IMG/VR virus record: IMGVR_UViG_2974556029_000001
Coordinates: 1 to 64,000 of that record
From: a virus
Lineage: Duplodnaviria; Caudoviricetes
Length of the DNA: 64,000 nucleotides
Direction: 5' to 3' (one strand)
The translations under genes and the position numbers were made by a program. The notes beneath the pieces were generated by a model. It saw only the letters and a program-made list of their open reading frames with translations. It did no database searches and was not told the DNA's origin. Shown piece by piece: positions 6,613 to 15,377 of the stretch; within the stretch, counting starts at the first letter, position 1, and every line of letters starts with the position of its first letter.

Positions 6613-6887
6613 TGGTGGCCGCGATCCACTACGAGGCCGGCGAGACCGCGTTCTCTGTCCGCGGCACGGTGAAGCGCAAGGGCGATGGCCTGCCCAGCGT
6701 GATCATCGAGACCAAGACGGAAGGCGGCGACTGGGAGCATTGGTCCACGACCAAGTGCATCTTCCCCCAGGGCCAGGATGCCGGCTTCAGCAGCGTGATC
6801 CTCCCTCTGGGCGACGGCCAGGTCCGGGCCCGAGTCGAGCCGGTCGGATCGGGCAAGGTGGCGACCTTCGAACGGGCCCCAACCTAG
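6612..6887 (+). CDS. Small beta-rich hypothetical protein
   Basis: TGATG overlap with the upstream gene; 91 aa. Confidence 0.6.
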   Translation: MVAAIHYEAGETAFSVRGTVKRKGDGLPSVIIETKTEGGDWEHWSTTKCIFPQGQDAGFSSVILPLGDGQVRARVEPVGSGKVATFERAPT

Positions 6888-6960
6888 GCGAGACCGCTGT
6901 TTTTCGGTCCGGGGTGTGATAGATCGTCGCACGCGCATCCCGCGCCTGGAGCCTCCCCCC

Positions 6961-7206
6961 ATGGAAGACCAAATCATCCGCCAGGCCAAACTGGCCAAGC
7001 GCATCTTCACCACCCTGGAAGAGCGCTATCCCGACGACCAAGACCTGAAGAAGCTGCACGCCGTCGCCGCCGGTGGCCTGCAGATCCTGGGCATCGATCT
7101 CACCGCGATCGGCGAAGAAGCCAACCGCTCGGGCGGCGTCGACAAGAACGTCATCCTGGCCGACGAGAACGGCGAAGAGCCGGCGTCGGAAGGCGAAGAA
7201 GCCTGA
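6961..7206 (+). CDS. Small protein with RSGGVDK motif and acidic tail
   Basis: GGAG RBS before ATG 6961; coupled to the downstream membrane gene. Confidence 0.65.
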   Translation: MEDQIIRQAKLAKRIFTTLEERYPDDQDLKKLHAVAAGGLQILGIDLTAIGEEANRSGGVDKNVILADENGEEPASEGEEA

Positions 7207-8051
7207 TGGGTCCGCTGGCGCTGTTCTACGGCGCCATGACCGCCGCGGTCGCCATCCACGGGTGGCGATCGCGGTACTGGGACGTCTACATGGTGGGCGT
7301 GGTCCAGGTGGTCGGGTGGCTCATGTCGAACGCCTCCAATCTCCGCCTCCATGGCGTCGATATGATGGAGGGCTTTGCCTATACGGACTGCTTCATCCTG
7401 TCGGCCCTGCTGATCCTCTACGGAGCGCGGCCCACGTTCTGGAAGCTCCTGATCATGGGCCTGATCCTCCTGCAGAACGGGATGCACGTCGTTCAAGGCA
7501 CGTGGGGAGGCGAAGAGAGCCTGTCTCTCTACCGCTGGTTCTTGAACGGATCCTATGTCCTTCAGCTCGCGGTTCACCTGGTCGTGGTGCGCTATCCATC
7601 GTTCGACGTGGAGACCCGCCACGGGCCGGTAATGCGTCAAAAGCGCGCGGGCCTTCCGAAAGGCTCAGTTTCGCGGCATGGTCGGCCCAGACCCCACAGG
7701 AGCTGCACTCCGATGAAACGCATCTACCTGGCCGCCATGGTCGCCAGCATAGGCCTATCGGGCCTGATCATGTCCCCCGCCATGGCCTATCCCCCGCCCG
7801 GGCGCGAGCCCCCCGATTTCGTGCCGTTCGAAGTGGTCCAGGGCGGGCTCAGGATCCGCGCCCACCTCCGGGAGCTGCAGAACGGCGAGACGATCTCGCT
7901 CCCAGGCGCCTTCGTGCCGGCCGACACCTCGGAGGACCTGGCGATCTACTGGGACCGGCGATCCAAGGCCTATGTGGCGCGCCAGGGGACGGAATATCTG
8001 GTCAATCCCGTCCGATACGTCATGATCGGCAGAGCCAGAGCCCCCGACTGA
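7206..8051 (+). CDS. Multi-pass membrane protein with an in-frame downstream secreted ORF (internal ATG 7713)
   Basis: Four to five hydrophobic segments; AGGAG RBS before MKRIYLAAMVASIGLSGLIMSPAMA at 7713. Confidence 0.6.
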   Translation: MGPLALFYGAMTAAVAIHGWRSRYWDVYMVGVVQVVGWLMSNASNLRLHGVDMMEGFAYTDCFILSALLILYGARPTFWKLLIMGLILLQNGMHVVQGTWGGEESLSLYRWFLNGSYVLQLAVHLVVVRYPSFDVETRHGPVMRQKRAGLPKGSVSRHGRPRPHRSCTPMKRIYLAAMVASIGLSGLIMSPAMAYPPPGREPPDFVPFEVVQGGLRIRAHLRELQNGETISLPGAFVPADTSEDLAIYWDRRSKAYVARQGTEYLVNPVRYVMIGRARAPD

Positions 8052-8052
8052 C

Positions 8053-8068
8053 CATTGCACTTGCAATG
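8053..8068. promoter_or_regulatory. Palindrome CATTGCA-CT-TGCAATG upstream of terL
   Basis: Perfect 7 bp inverted repeat, followed by another TGCATTG half-site. Confidence 0.4.
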
Positions 8069-8082
8069 TTCTTGCATTGTCG

Positions 8083-8123
8083 GCGCCGCCGCCCTGGCCT
8101 GGGTCGGCGGCGCTTCTCGTTTC
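8083..8123 (+). terminator. Terminator/attenuator-like hairpin before the terL RBS
   Basis: GCGCCGCCG/CGGCGGCGC stem followed by TTCTCGTTTC. Confidence 0.45.
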
Positions 8124-8133
8124 AGGATGCCCC

Positions 8134-9564
8134 ATGGACCGAATGGAATCGCCCTTCTATCGCGCCGGGTTGACGCGAGAGTGGTGGACCTCGTTGCCTG
8201 AGGAGGAGCGCGCCAGGGTGCTGGCGTCGTGGACCCCTGTCGAAATCGAAGCCTTCGCCAAGGACTGGCGCGTCTGGGCCCGCGATCAGCAGCTTCCGCC
8301 GCCGGGCCAGTGGCGCTCCTGGATCCTGAAGTGCGGCCGCGGCTTCGGGAAGAACCGCAGCGCCGGCGAGCAGGTCAAGGACTGGGTCGAGAGCGGCCAG
8401 AAGGGGCGTATCTGCCTCCTGGGCCAGGGCGAGGCCGACGTGCGCGACATCATGGTCGAGGGCAAGTCGGGCCTGCTGGCCATCTCGAACAGCTGGTTCC
8501 GCCCTAAGTGGTCTCCGAGCCGCGGCGGCGGCCTGCTCGAATGGCCCAACGGCGCGGTGGCGCACGTCTTCTCGGCCGAGGATCCGGAGTCTGTCCGGGG
8601 GCACGAGTTCGACGCGGCCTGGATCGACGAGCCCATGTCCTACAAGGCCAAGAACCGGCAGGACATCATCTCCAACCTCCGCTTCGCCCTGCGCCTGGGC
8701 AACAACCCGCAGCGGATCTACACGATGACGCCGAAGCCGCACAAATGGCTTCGTGAGCTCCTGGCCACGGTCAATCCAGCCAAGGGCATCTACCTGACCG
8801 AGGGCTCCACCTACGACAACGTGGACAACCTGCCGCCGGCGTTCCTCGAGGACGTGACCGACGACTACGCCGGCACCAGGCTGGGCGAGCAGGAGCTGAG
8901 CGGCATCCTGCTGAACGACACCGAAGACGCCCTCTGGACCAGCATGCTTCTGGACCGGTGCCGGATCATGAAGGAGGCCTCGGAAGAGGAGATCATGAAT
9001 TTCGCCAAGTCGATGGAGCGCATCGTCGTGGCGGTCGACCCGAACATCTCGGCCACCGGCACGAGCCACGCCGCCGGCGTCACCGTCATTGGCCGCAAGG
9101 CGGGCAAGCGCTATCTCCTGGCCGACAAGACCAAGCGAGGCGGCCCAGACGTCTGGGGCAAGAACGCCGTGAACGCCTATGCGGACTGGAACGCCGACGA
9201 GATCGTGGCCGAGGTGAACCAGGGTGGCGACCTGGTCAAATCCGTGATCCAGCAGGTCGGTGTCTCGCTCGGGATTGACGTGCCGGTCCACAAGGTCCAT
9301 GCGACTCGAGGCAAGCAGAAACGCGCCGAGCCGGTGGCCGCGGCTTACGAGCAAGGTCGCTGCCTGCACGTCGGGCCGGCCTCGCGCTACACCAAGGTGG
9401 AGAGCCAGATGTGCGACCTGCACGAGGGTAACGACCAGACCGGCGAAGACTTCGACCGAAGCGACTCGGTGGTGTGGGGCATGACCCGTCTCGCCAAGGG
9501 CGAAGGGGGCGTGACCAGCGCCGGAGGTTCGGGCATCTTCACCTTCGACCAGATCGGAGCATAG
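8134..9564 (+). CDS. terL: Terminase large subunit
   Basis: Walker A-like CGRGFGKN, Walker B AAWIDE, coupling motif YTMTP, RNase H-like nuclease IVVAVDP...DRSDSVVW. Confidence 0.95.
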   Translation: MDRMESPFYRAGLTREWWTSLPEEERARVLASWTPVEIEAFAKDWRVWARDQQLPPPGQWRSWILKCGRGFGKNRSAGEQVKDWVESGQKGRICLLGQGEADVRDIMVEGKSGLLAISNSWFRPKWSPSRGGGLLEWPNGAVAHVFSAEDPESVRGHEFDAAWIDEPMSYKAKNRQDIISNLRFALRLGNNPQRIYTMTPKPHKWLRELLATVNPAKGIYLTEGSTYDNVDNLPPAFLEDVTDDYAGTRLGEQELSGILLNDTEDALWTSMLLDRCRIMKEASEEEIMNFAKSMERIVVAVDPNISATGTSHAAGVTVIGRKAGKRYLLADKTKRGGPDVWGKNAVNAYADWNADEIVAEVNQGGDLVKSVIQQVGVSLGIDVPVHKVHATRGKQKRAEPVAAAYEQGRCLHVGPASRYTKVESQMCDLHEGNDQTGEDFDRSDSVVWGMTRLAKGEGGVTSAGGSGIFTFDQIGA

Positions 9565-9566
9565 AC

Positions 9567-10955
9567 GTGGCAGGCCTGACCGACAAAACCCGCGAGTACG
9601 GTGAGCAGGTCACCGTCTACACCGACGCGATGGACAGCGCGGGCTATATCCCGGAGCTGCGCGGCCCGCTCGGGCTGAAGCGCCTGGCCAAGATGGCGGA
9701 GACCGACGATACCGTCGGCGCCATGATGTGGGCCGTGGAGACCACGATGGCCCAGGTGGTCTGGAGCCACGAGGCGGCCAAGGACGGCAAGCCGTCGAAC
9801 GATCCCAAGGCGGCCCAAGCGGCCGACTTCGCCAACACCCTCCTGGGCGACATGGAGCACAGCTTCCAGGAGCACGTGGACGAGGCCATGAGCATGCTCT
9901 GGGCCGGCTTCTCGATCTGCGAGATCCTGCCCAAGCAGCGTGACGGCCAGAACTCCAAGTTCCCGGATGGGAAATGGGGCATCGACGCCCTAGTGGCGCG
10001 CCCTCAAACCTCGGTCAGCGGATGGGGCGTTGAGAACGGCCGGGTCACCACCGTCAAGACGATGACGACCATGGGGGAGAAGGAAATCCCCCTGTTCAAG
10101 TGCCTGCACTACAAGATCAAGGGCAACAGCCGCACCAGGCCGCAGGGTCGGTCCCTGTTCACTAACGCCTATCGTAGCTGGTACCTCAAGAACGACATCC
10201 AGGACGCCGAAGCGATCGGGATCCGGCGCGAGCTCTGCGGTCTCCCTGTCGCCAGCGTGCCTATGGCCGACATCAACGCGGCGACGAAGAAGGGCTCTGA
10301 CGGCAAACTGTCGCCCGAGGGCGAGGCCGCCCTGGCCCGGATCACCGCCTTTAAGACCGCCGTGTCCAAGATGCGGCTCAACGAGACGTCTGGCCTGGTC
10401 AAGCCGTCGGATCCGTTCCTCGACGAGGACGGCAAGCCGAGCATGATCCCGCAGTACGACTTCAAGATCCTGAGCGGCGGCGGCCAGCGCTCCATGGATC
10501 CGCGCGCGCCGATCCGCGACTACGACCGCGCCATCGCCCGCGTCGCCATGATGCAATTCCTGCACCTGGGCGATCGCTCGACCGGCTCCTACGCCCTGTC
10601 CGACAACCAGAGCACCCTGGCCCTGCGCTCGATGCGAGCCCTGGTGGGCAAGATCATCGACGAGTGGAACCGCAAGGTCCTGCCGCTGCTGTGGGAGCTG
10701 AACGGCATGGACAAGGCCTACATGCCCGTCCTGACCTCCTCGCCCATCACCGAGGACAGCCTGGAAGAACTGGGCACCTTCCTTGAGCGCCTGAGCTCGG
10801 CCCAGCTGCTTCTGGACGAAGAGCCCGAGCTGAAGGAGAGCATGCTGAGCCGGATCGGCATCAGGCGCGATCGCGTGACGAAGCCGGCCGGCGCCCGCGC
10901 CCGCCTACGTCCGGCCCAGCCTCCGACGCCGGAGCCGGCGCGTGCCGCTGCGTGA
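9567..10955 (+). CDS. Portal protein (DUF935-like)
   Basis: Directly after TerL; PQGRSLFTNAYRSWYLK...EAIGIRRELCGLPVA motif; GTG start with GGAG RBS. Confidence 0.88.
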   Translation: MAGLTDKTREYGEQVTVYTDAMDSAGYIPELRGPLGLKRLAKMAETDDTVGAMMWAVETTMAQVVWSHEAAKDGKPSNDPKAAQAADFANTLLGDMEHSFQEHVDEAMSMLWAGFSICEILPKQRDGQNSKFPDGKWGIDALVARPQTSVSGWGVENGRVTTVKTMTTMGEKEIPLFKCLHYKIKGNSRTRPQGRSLFTNAYRSWYLKNDIQDAEAIGIRRELCGLPVASVPMADINAATKKGSDGKLSPEGEAALARITAFKTAVSKMRLNETSGLVKPSDPFLDEDGKPSMIPQYDFKILSGGGQRSMDPRAPIRDYDRAIARVAMMQFLHLGDRSTGSYALSDNQSTLALRSMRALVGKIIDEWNRKVLPLLWELNGMDKAYMPVLTSSPITEDSLEELGTFLERLSSAQLLLDEEPELKESMLSRIGIRRDRVTKPAGARARLRPAQPPTPEPARAAA

Positions 10956-11817
10956 CCGCGACGTCGCAGACCAGTTCATAGACTGGTCCTGGGAGGATCT
11001 GGACGACCTGGCCGATCATGGCCTCGAGTCCGGATCCTTGAGCGACGACCAGGTCGAGCAAACCATGACGGCGCACTATGCGCCGATCCTGATGGCCCTG
11101 CTGCTGGACCGCCTGGAGGCCGTGGCGCAGGACCTCGAGGTCTCCCCCACGGCGCCGCGCGCGGTCCAGGAGGCCGAGGACGCGGTGAAGGCCTTGGTCG
11201 GGCAGCTCGCACCGAGGGCCAAGGAGGCGCTTTCCGACGTTGTGGCGCGCGCCTATGCCGAGGGCTGGGGCGTCCGCCAGACAGCCCGGGCGATCCGCCG
11301 CTACATCACCCTGACGCCGCAGCAGGTTGCCTCGGTCCGTCTCTACGACCAGGAGCTCAGGAGCAATCCCCAGAAGGCGCTGCGGCGCACGGCGCGCGAC
11401 AGGCGATACGACAAGCCCTTGGCGCGTGGCGAGGTGCCGGCGAAAGCCAAGCGCGAGGCCATGGTCGAGAGGTACCGTGAGCGCCTAGAGATGCGCCGGG
11501 CCCTCACGATCGCGCGCGAGCAGCTATGGCAGGCCGACCAGCTGGCCGAGCATGCGCTCTGGAGCGAGGCGGTCGACACCGGCGTGTTCGCGGCCGGCAC
11601 GGTAAGGAAATTCTGGAACACCCGCGAGGATGCGCACGTGCGCCATAGCCATGCGGGAATTCCGGGCGACTATCCCGACGGAATTGCGCTAGACGATGCC
11701 TTCGTGACGACACTGGGCAAGTTGCGCTATCCATTGGACCCCAGAGGTGTGGCGGCGGACCGGATCGGTTGCCGCTGTTGGCTGACCTTCAAGGTCGTGA
11801 CAGAGGCAAGGACATGA
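10942..11817 (+). CDS. Minor head morphogenesis protein (Mu gpF-like)
   Basis: KFWNTREDAHVRHSH...LRYPLDP...RIGCRCWL C-terminal motif. Confidence 0.85.
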   Translation: MPLRDRDVADQFIDWSWEDLDDLADHGLESGSLSDDQVEQTMTAHYAPILMALLLDRLEAVAQDLEVSPTAPRAVQEAEDAVKALVGQLAPRAKEALSDVVARAYAEGWGVRQTARAIRRYITLTPQQVASVRLYDQELRSNPQKALRRTARDRRYDKPLARGEVPAKAKREAMVERYRERLEMRRALTIAREQLWQADQLAEHALWSEAVDTGVFAAGTVRKFWNTREDAHVRHSHAGIPGDYPDGIALDDAFVTTLGKLRYPLDPRGVAADRIGCRCWLTFKVVTEART

Positions 11818-13022
11818 GCACGAGGAAATTTATGAAGCGGATCGGCGGCGTGGTGACCTCCACGGTGCGATCGCTGACGAAGCGCGCAGGGCTGAGCATC
11901 TATCGCCCCGTGCTGAACGCCGACAAGTGGGCCGCCTGGATGAAAGAGGCCGGCGTCCCGAACGCCAAGGCCGCGGCGGACCTGAAGGTCAACGTGCTCC
12001 AGGCCATCGGCGGCGCGATCGCCGTCGTTCCGGACCGGGACATCCTGAACATCCGCGCCGTCTCGGGTGTCTTCATGAGCCACGGCGTCAACGGCTTGGC
12101 CTTCGCCTGGTACGACTACTACTATAACGATCGCCACTGGGCCCTGCGCGAGCTCGCCGGCTGCGAAGTTTCCTGCGTCCACCGCAACCTGCTAGTCCTG
12201 TCCGACGATATCGGCGATTTCGAGCTGACCGACGACATGCTGCTCAAGGCGCCGGTCTCCATCGTGCTCGACGGCGAGCAGACCGCCACGATCACCGACA
12301 CCGACATCGACCTGATCAAGAGCGCGGCCTCGGGCGAGGACCTGGTCAAGGCCAAGGACGTCGAGAGCGCGGTCGGCCTGCTGGTGTCGTCCTACGAGGA
12401 TCCGGACTTCAATCCGGTCCTGCAGAGCGCGCTCTACGACCTGTCCAAGGGTCGCTCGGTCGCCAGGGATGACCTGGACGGCCTCGACGACGAGGACATG
12501 AAGGTCCTGGGCCTGGAAAAGAATGTTCCCGATCGGGAACGTCAGGTCGAGAAGGCGAAGGAGCCCGCGCCCGCCCCGGCGCCGGCCAAGGTCGAGAAGG
12601 CCAAGGATCTATCCCCGAATGAGGGGCGGATGATCCGCAAGGACAAGAGCCTGCAGACCGTCTACGGCTTCGCGAGCGTCGCCGTCACGGCCGACGGAGA
12701 CACGGTCACCGACTGGCACGGCCACGAGATCACGACCGACGCCCAGCGAGACCTGCTCTGGGGCTTGGTCAAGGGCCAGCGCCAGGGCAACATCGATCAC
12801 GACGAAGACGACATGTCGGGCGAACTGGTGGAAGGCATCGTCTTCACCAAGGAACTCTGGCAGGCGCTCGAGCCGTACACGGGTCAAGAGGGACTCTTCA
12901 TCGGGATGCACTTCCCCAAAGCCGAAGATTACGACAAGACTGCGGATAAGGGGATGTTCTCGATCGGCTGCAGGGGCACCGTCGAGGAAATCGAGGTCCC
13001 CGATGAACTCGAGGAGACCTAA
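11814..13022 (+). CDS. XkdF-like prohead protease with a degenerate N-terminal 2H-phosphoesterase-like domain
   Basis: C-terminal TVYGFASV...DWHGHEI...GNIDHD...FSIGCRG (XkdF); N-terminal SIYRPVLNADKWAAW...DLKVNV...NDRHWAL. Confidence 0.7.
   Translation: MSTRKFMKRIGGVVTSTVRSLTKRAGLSIYRPVLNADKWAAWMKEAGVPNAKAAADLKVNVLQAIGGAIAVVPDRDILNIRAVSGVFMSHGVNGLAFAWYDYYYNDRHWALRELAGCEVSCVHRNLLVLSDDIGDFELTDDMLLKAPVSIVLDGEQTATITDTDIDLIKSAASGEDLVKAKDVESAVGLLVSSYEDPDFNPVLQSALYDLSKGRSVARDDLDGLDDEDMKVLGLEKNVPDRERQVEKAKEPAPAPAPAKVEKAKDLSPNEGRMIRKDKSLQTVYGFASVAVTADGDTVTDWHGHEITTDAQRDLLWGLVKGQRQGNIDHDEDDMSGELVEGIVFTKELWQALEPYTGQEGLFIGMHFPKAEDYDKTADKGMFSIGCRGTVEEIEVPDELEET
12525..12540. repeat. Perfect operator-like palindrome GTTCCCGATCGGGAAC inside a CDS
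   Basis: Best match to the consensus; lies in a low-complexity linker of the protease gene. Confidence 0.5.
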
Positions 13023-13025
13023 CCC

Positions 13026-13802
13026 ATGGCAAAGCGCCAGGTCATCACGAAGATCCATCCGACCGACAAGATGCACATCGCGGTCGTGAAGGAAGGTGCT
13101 AACCAGCACGCCGACATCATCCTTCGCAAAACGAAGGAGGATAAAAACCCCACCCCCACCAACCAGCCGGAGGAGTCCGTCATGGACCCGAAGATCATCA
13201 AGGCCCTTAACGGACTGTCCGCCGAGGGTCGCACCTACCTGGACACCCTGCCCGACGATCAGGTCGAGGCCTGGCTGGCCAAGTCCGCCGAGGAACGCGA
13301 GGTCGATCTGACCAAGGCTCGCGAGGCGGCCAAGGCCAAGGAAGAAGAAATCGAGAAGGCCAAGGGCGGCTCGCCCGAGATCCAGGAGCTGCGCAAGCAG
13401 CTGGCGCAGGTCACCGAGACCCAGCAGACCCTGGTCAAGGAAAACGCCGACCTGAAGAAGGAGCGCCGTGAAAACGAGCTCCTGACCAAGGCCAAGACCG
13501 AATTCAGCCTGGTCCCGGACGCCCTGGACATCCTGAAGTCGATCGACGGCCTGCCGGACGCCGACAAGGAAGTCCACCTGAAGTCGCTGGCCTCGCGCCA
13601 GGACCTGGCCAAGAAGGTCACCCGTGAATACGGCGCGCCGGCGGTCGATCCCGAGACTTCGGCGGCGACCCTGGTCAAGACCAAGGTCCAGGAGCTCGCC
13701 AAGTCGCGGAACATCTCCGAGGCCGAAGCGACCATCGCGTTCAACGACGACCCGGCCAACGCCGAGCTGATCGACCGCGCCCTGCAAGAAGAAGCCGCCT
13801 AA
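13026..13802 (+). CDS. Capsid scaffolding protein
   Basis: Coiled-coil, charged protein between protease and capsid genes; VVKEGANQHADIILRK. Confidence 0.7.
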   Translation: MAKRQVITKIHPTDKMHIAVVKEGANQHADIILRKTKEDKNPTPTNQPEESVMDPKIIKALNGLSAEGRTYLDTLPDDQVEAWLAKSAEEREVDLTKAREAAKAKEEEIEKAKGGSPEIQELRKQLAQVTETQQTLVKENADLKKERRENELLTKAKTEFSLVPDALDILKSIDGLPDADKEVHLKSLASRQDLAKKVTREYGAPAVDPETSAATLVKTKVQELAKSRNISEAEATIAFNDDPANAELIDRALQEEAA

Positions 13803-13866
13803 CCGGGCGGCTTCACTCGTCTCAACCACCTGTGGTCGGCACGCCGGCCCATAAGGGAAACATCCG

Positions 13867-14244
13867 ATGTCCACCGTCACCCCGGAATCGGTCAACAGCT
13901 ATCCGGCGGCCGCCGACTTCAGCGCCCTGAAGTGGCCGCGCCTTGCCGTCATCAACAGCAGCCGCAACGTCGCCCTGTGCGGCGCCGGCGCTCGTCCCGA
14001 CGGCATGCTGGAAAACAACCCGGAGCAGGGCGATCAGGCCCGCATCCGGTCCTTCGCCGGCCAAGGCCAGTGGAAGGCCGAAGCGGGCGGCACCTTCGCC
14101 GCCGGCGTCGACCTCGCCTCGGACGCCAGCGGCCGCCTGGTCGCCGCCGCCACGGGCAACCAGATCGTCGGCACCTCGAACGAGGCCGGCGTCCTGGGCC
14201 GTGTCGTCGGCTTCAAGCCGGACCTGAAGGGCGCCAAGCCGTAA
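13867..14244 (+). CDS. Capsid decoration/cement protein (DUF2190-like)
   Basis: AEAGGTFAAGVDLASDASGRLV motif; position before the major capsid gene. Confidence 0.75.
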   Translation: MSTVTPESVNSYPAAADFSALKWPRLAVINSSRNVALCGAGARPDGMLENNPEQGDQARIRSFAGQGQWKAEAGGTFAAGVDLASDASGRLVAAATGNQIVGTSNEAGVLGRVVGFKPDLKGAKP

Positions 14245-14305
14245 GGGTCTCACCCGTCGTCGCAACTTAGGATCCCCCTCGGGGGCCTAAAAATAGGAGG
14301 GCAAG

Positions 14306-15364
14306 ATGCCCACGTATTTCGAGGGTAAGATCCTCACGATCTCCACCTACTTCACCAACCTGGCCATCAGCATGGTGCCGGGCAACCAGGACATGAAGGC
14401 GTCGCGCATCTTCTCGACGATCCCGATGGGGTCGAGGAAGATGAAATACTTCACCTGGGACAGTGCGGACTGGAACCGCCCGGAGGGTAAAGAGCTCTCC
14501 AACCGCGAGCCGCCGCCCGTCGCCGACTTCGGCGCGCCGACGGAACAAGAGGTCAAGGCCCGCAAGTGGGGCGTCGCGACCAACTGGACCGACGAAGAAC
14601 TGGCGGAAGCCGAAGACGGACCCGGCGGCGCCGCGGGCTACCTGCGTCGCAAGGTCGGCTTCGTCACCCGCCAGGCGCTGCTGCGTCGCGAACTGGACGT
14701 GATCAACCTGATCCGCCAGACGGCCTGGACCACGGTCCTGGTCTCGGATCCGGCTGGTCCGCCCGCCGGCGGCTCGGGCCAATTCCTGGTCTGGGACGAC
14801 GACGACGCCGAGCCGATCAAGCTGATGCGCTACATCATCCGGGACATGGAGTTCCGGACCGGCAAGAAGCCGAACATCGCCGTCATCCCGGGCGTCGTCC
14901 TGGACGTCCTGTTCGAGCACCCGGCGTTCCTGGACCGGATCATCGGCGGCGCGACCACCGACCGTCCGGCCTCGGTCTCCCTGGCCCTGCTGACCAACAT
15001 GCTGGGCCTGGACGAGATCATCGAAGTCTCCTCGGTGATCAACACCGCCAAGGAAGGCGAGCCGGCGAACAACGTCTGGGCCTGGGACCGCGACGTCTGG
15101 ATCGGCTATCGTCCGTCGGGCGACGCCATCGATCCGGAAGCCCCGGCGCCGGCCTACCTGTTCAACTGGACCGGCAAGAACGGGGCCAAGCCCACGCCCT
15201 TCCAAGGCGCGGCGAACAACGAAGGGATTTTCATCAATCGCTTCACGTCGCAGCGTCCGGCGGTGTACTGGGCTGAGTCCTACCTGTACTCCATCCCCAA
15301 GGTCGTCGCGAAGGACCTCGGCGTTCTGCTGAAGAACGTCGTCGCCACGCGGGCCCCGCTCTAA
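14306..15364 (+). CDS. Major capsid protein
   Basis: 352 aa; strong AGGAGG RBS; KKPNIAVIP...VLFEHPAFLDRI...MLGLDEI, as in major capsid E-like proteins. Confidence 0.88.
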   Translation: MPTYFEGKILTISTYFTNLAISMVPGNQDMKASRIFSTIPMGSRKMKYFTWDSADWNRPEGKELSNREPPPVADFGAPTEQEVKARKWGVATNWTDEELAEAEDGPGGAAGYLRRKVGFVTRQALLRRELDVINLIRQTAWTTVLVSDPAGPPAGGSGQFLVWDDDDAEPIKLMRYIIRDMEFRTGKKPNIAVIPGVVLDVLFEHPAFLDRIIGGATTDRPASVSLALLTNMLGLDEIIEVSSVINTAKEGEPANNVWAWDRDVWIGYRPSGDAIDPEAPAPAYLFNWTGKNGAKPTPFQGAANNEGIFINRFTSQRPAVYWAESYLYSIPKVVAKDLGVLLKNVVATRAPL

Positions 15365-15377
15365 GGAACCCCACACC

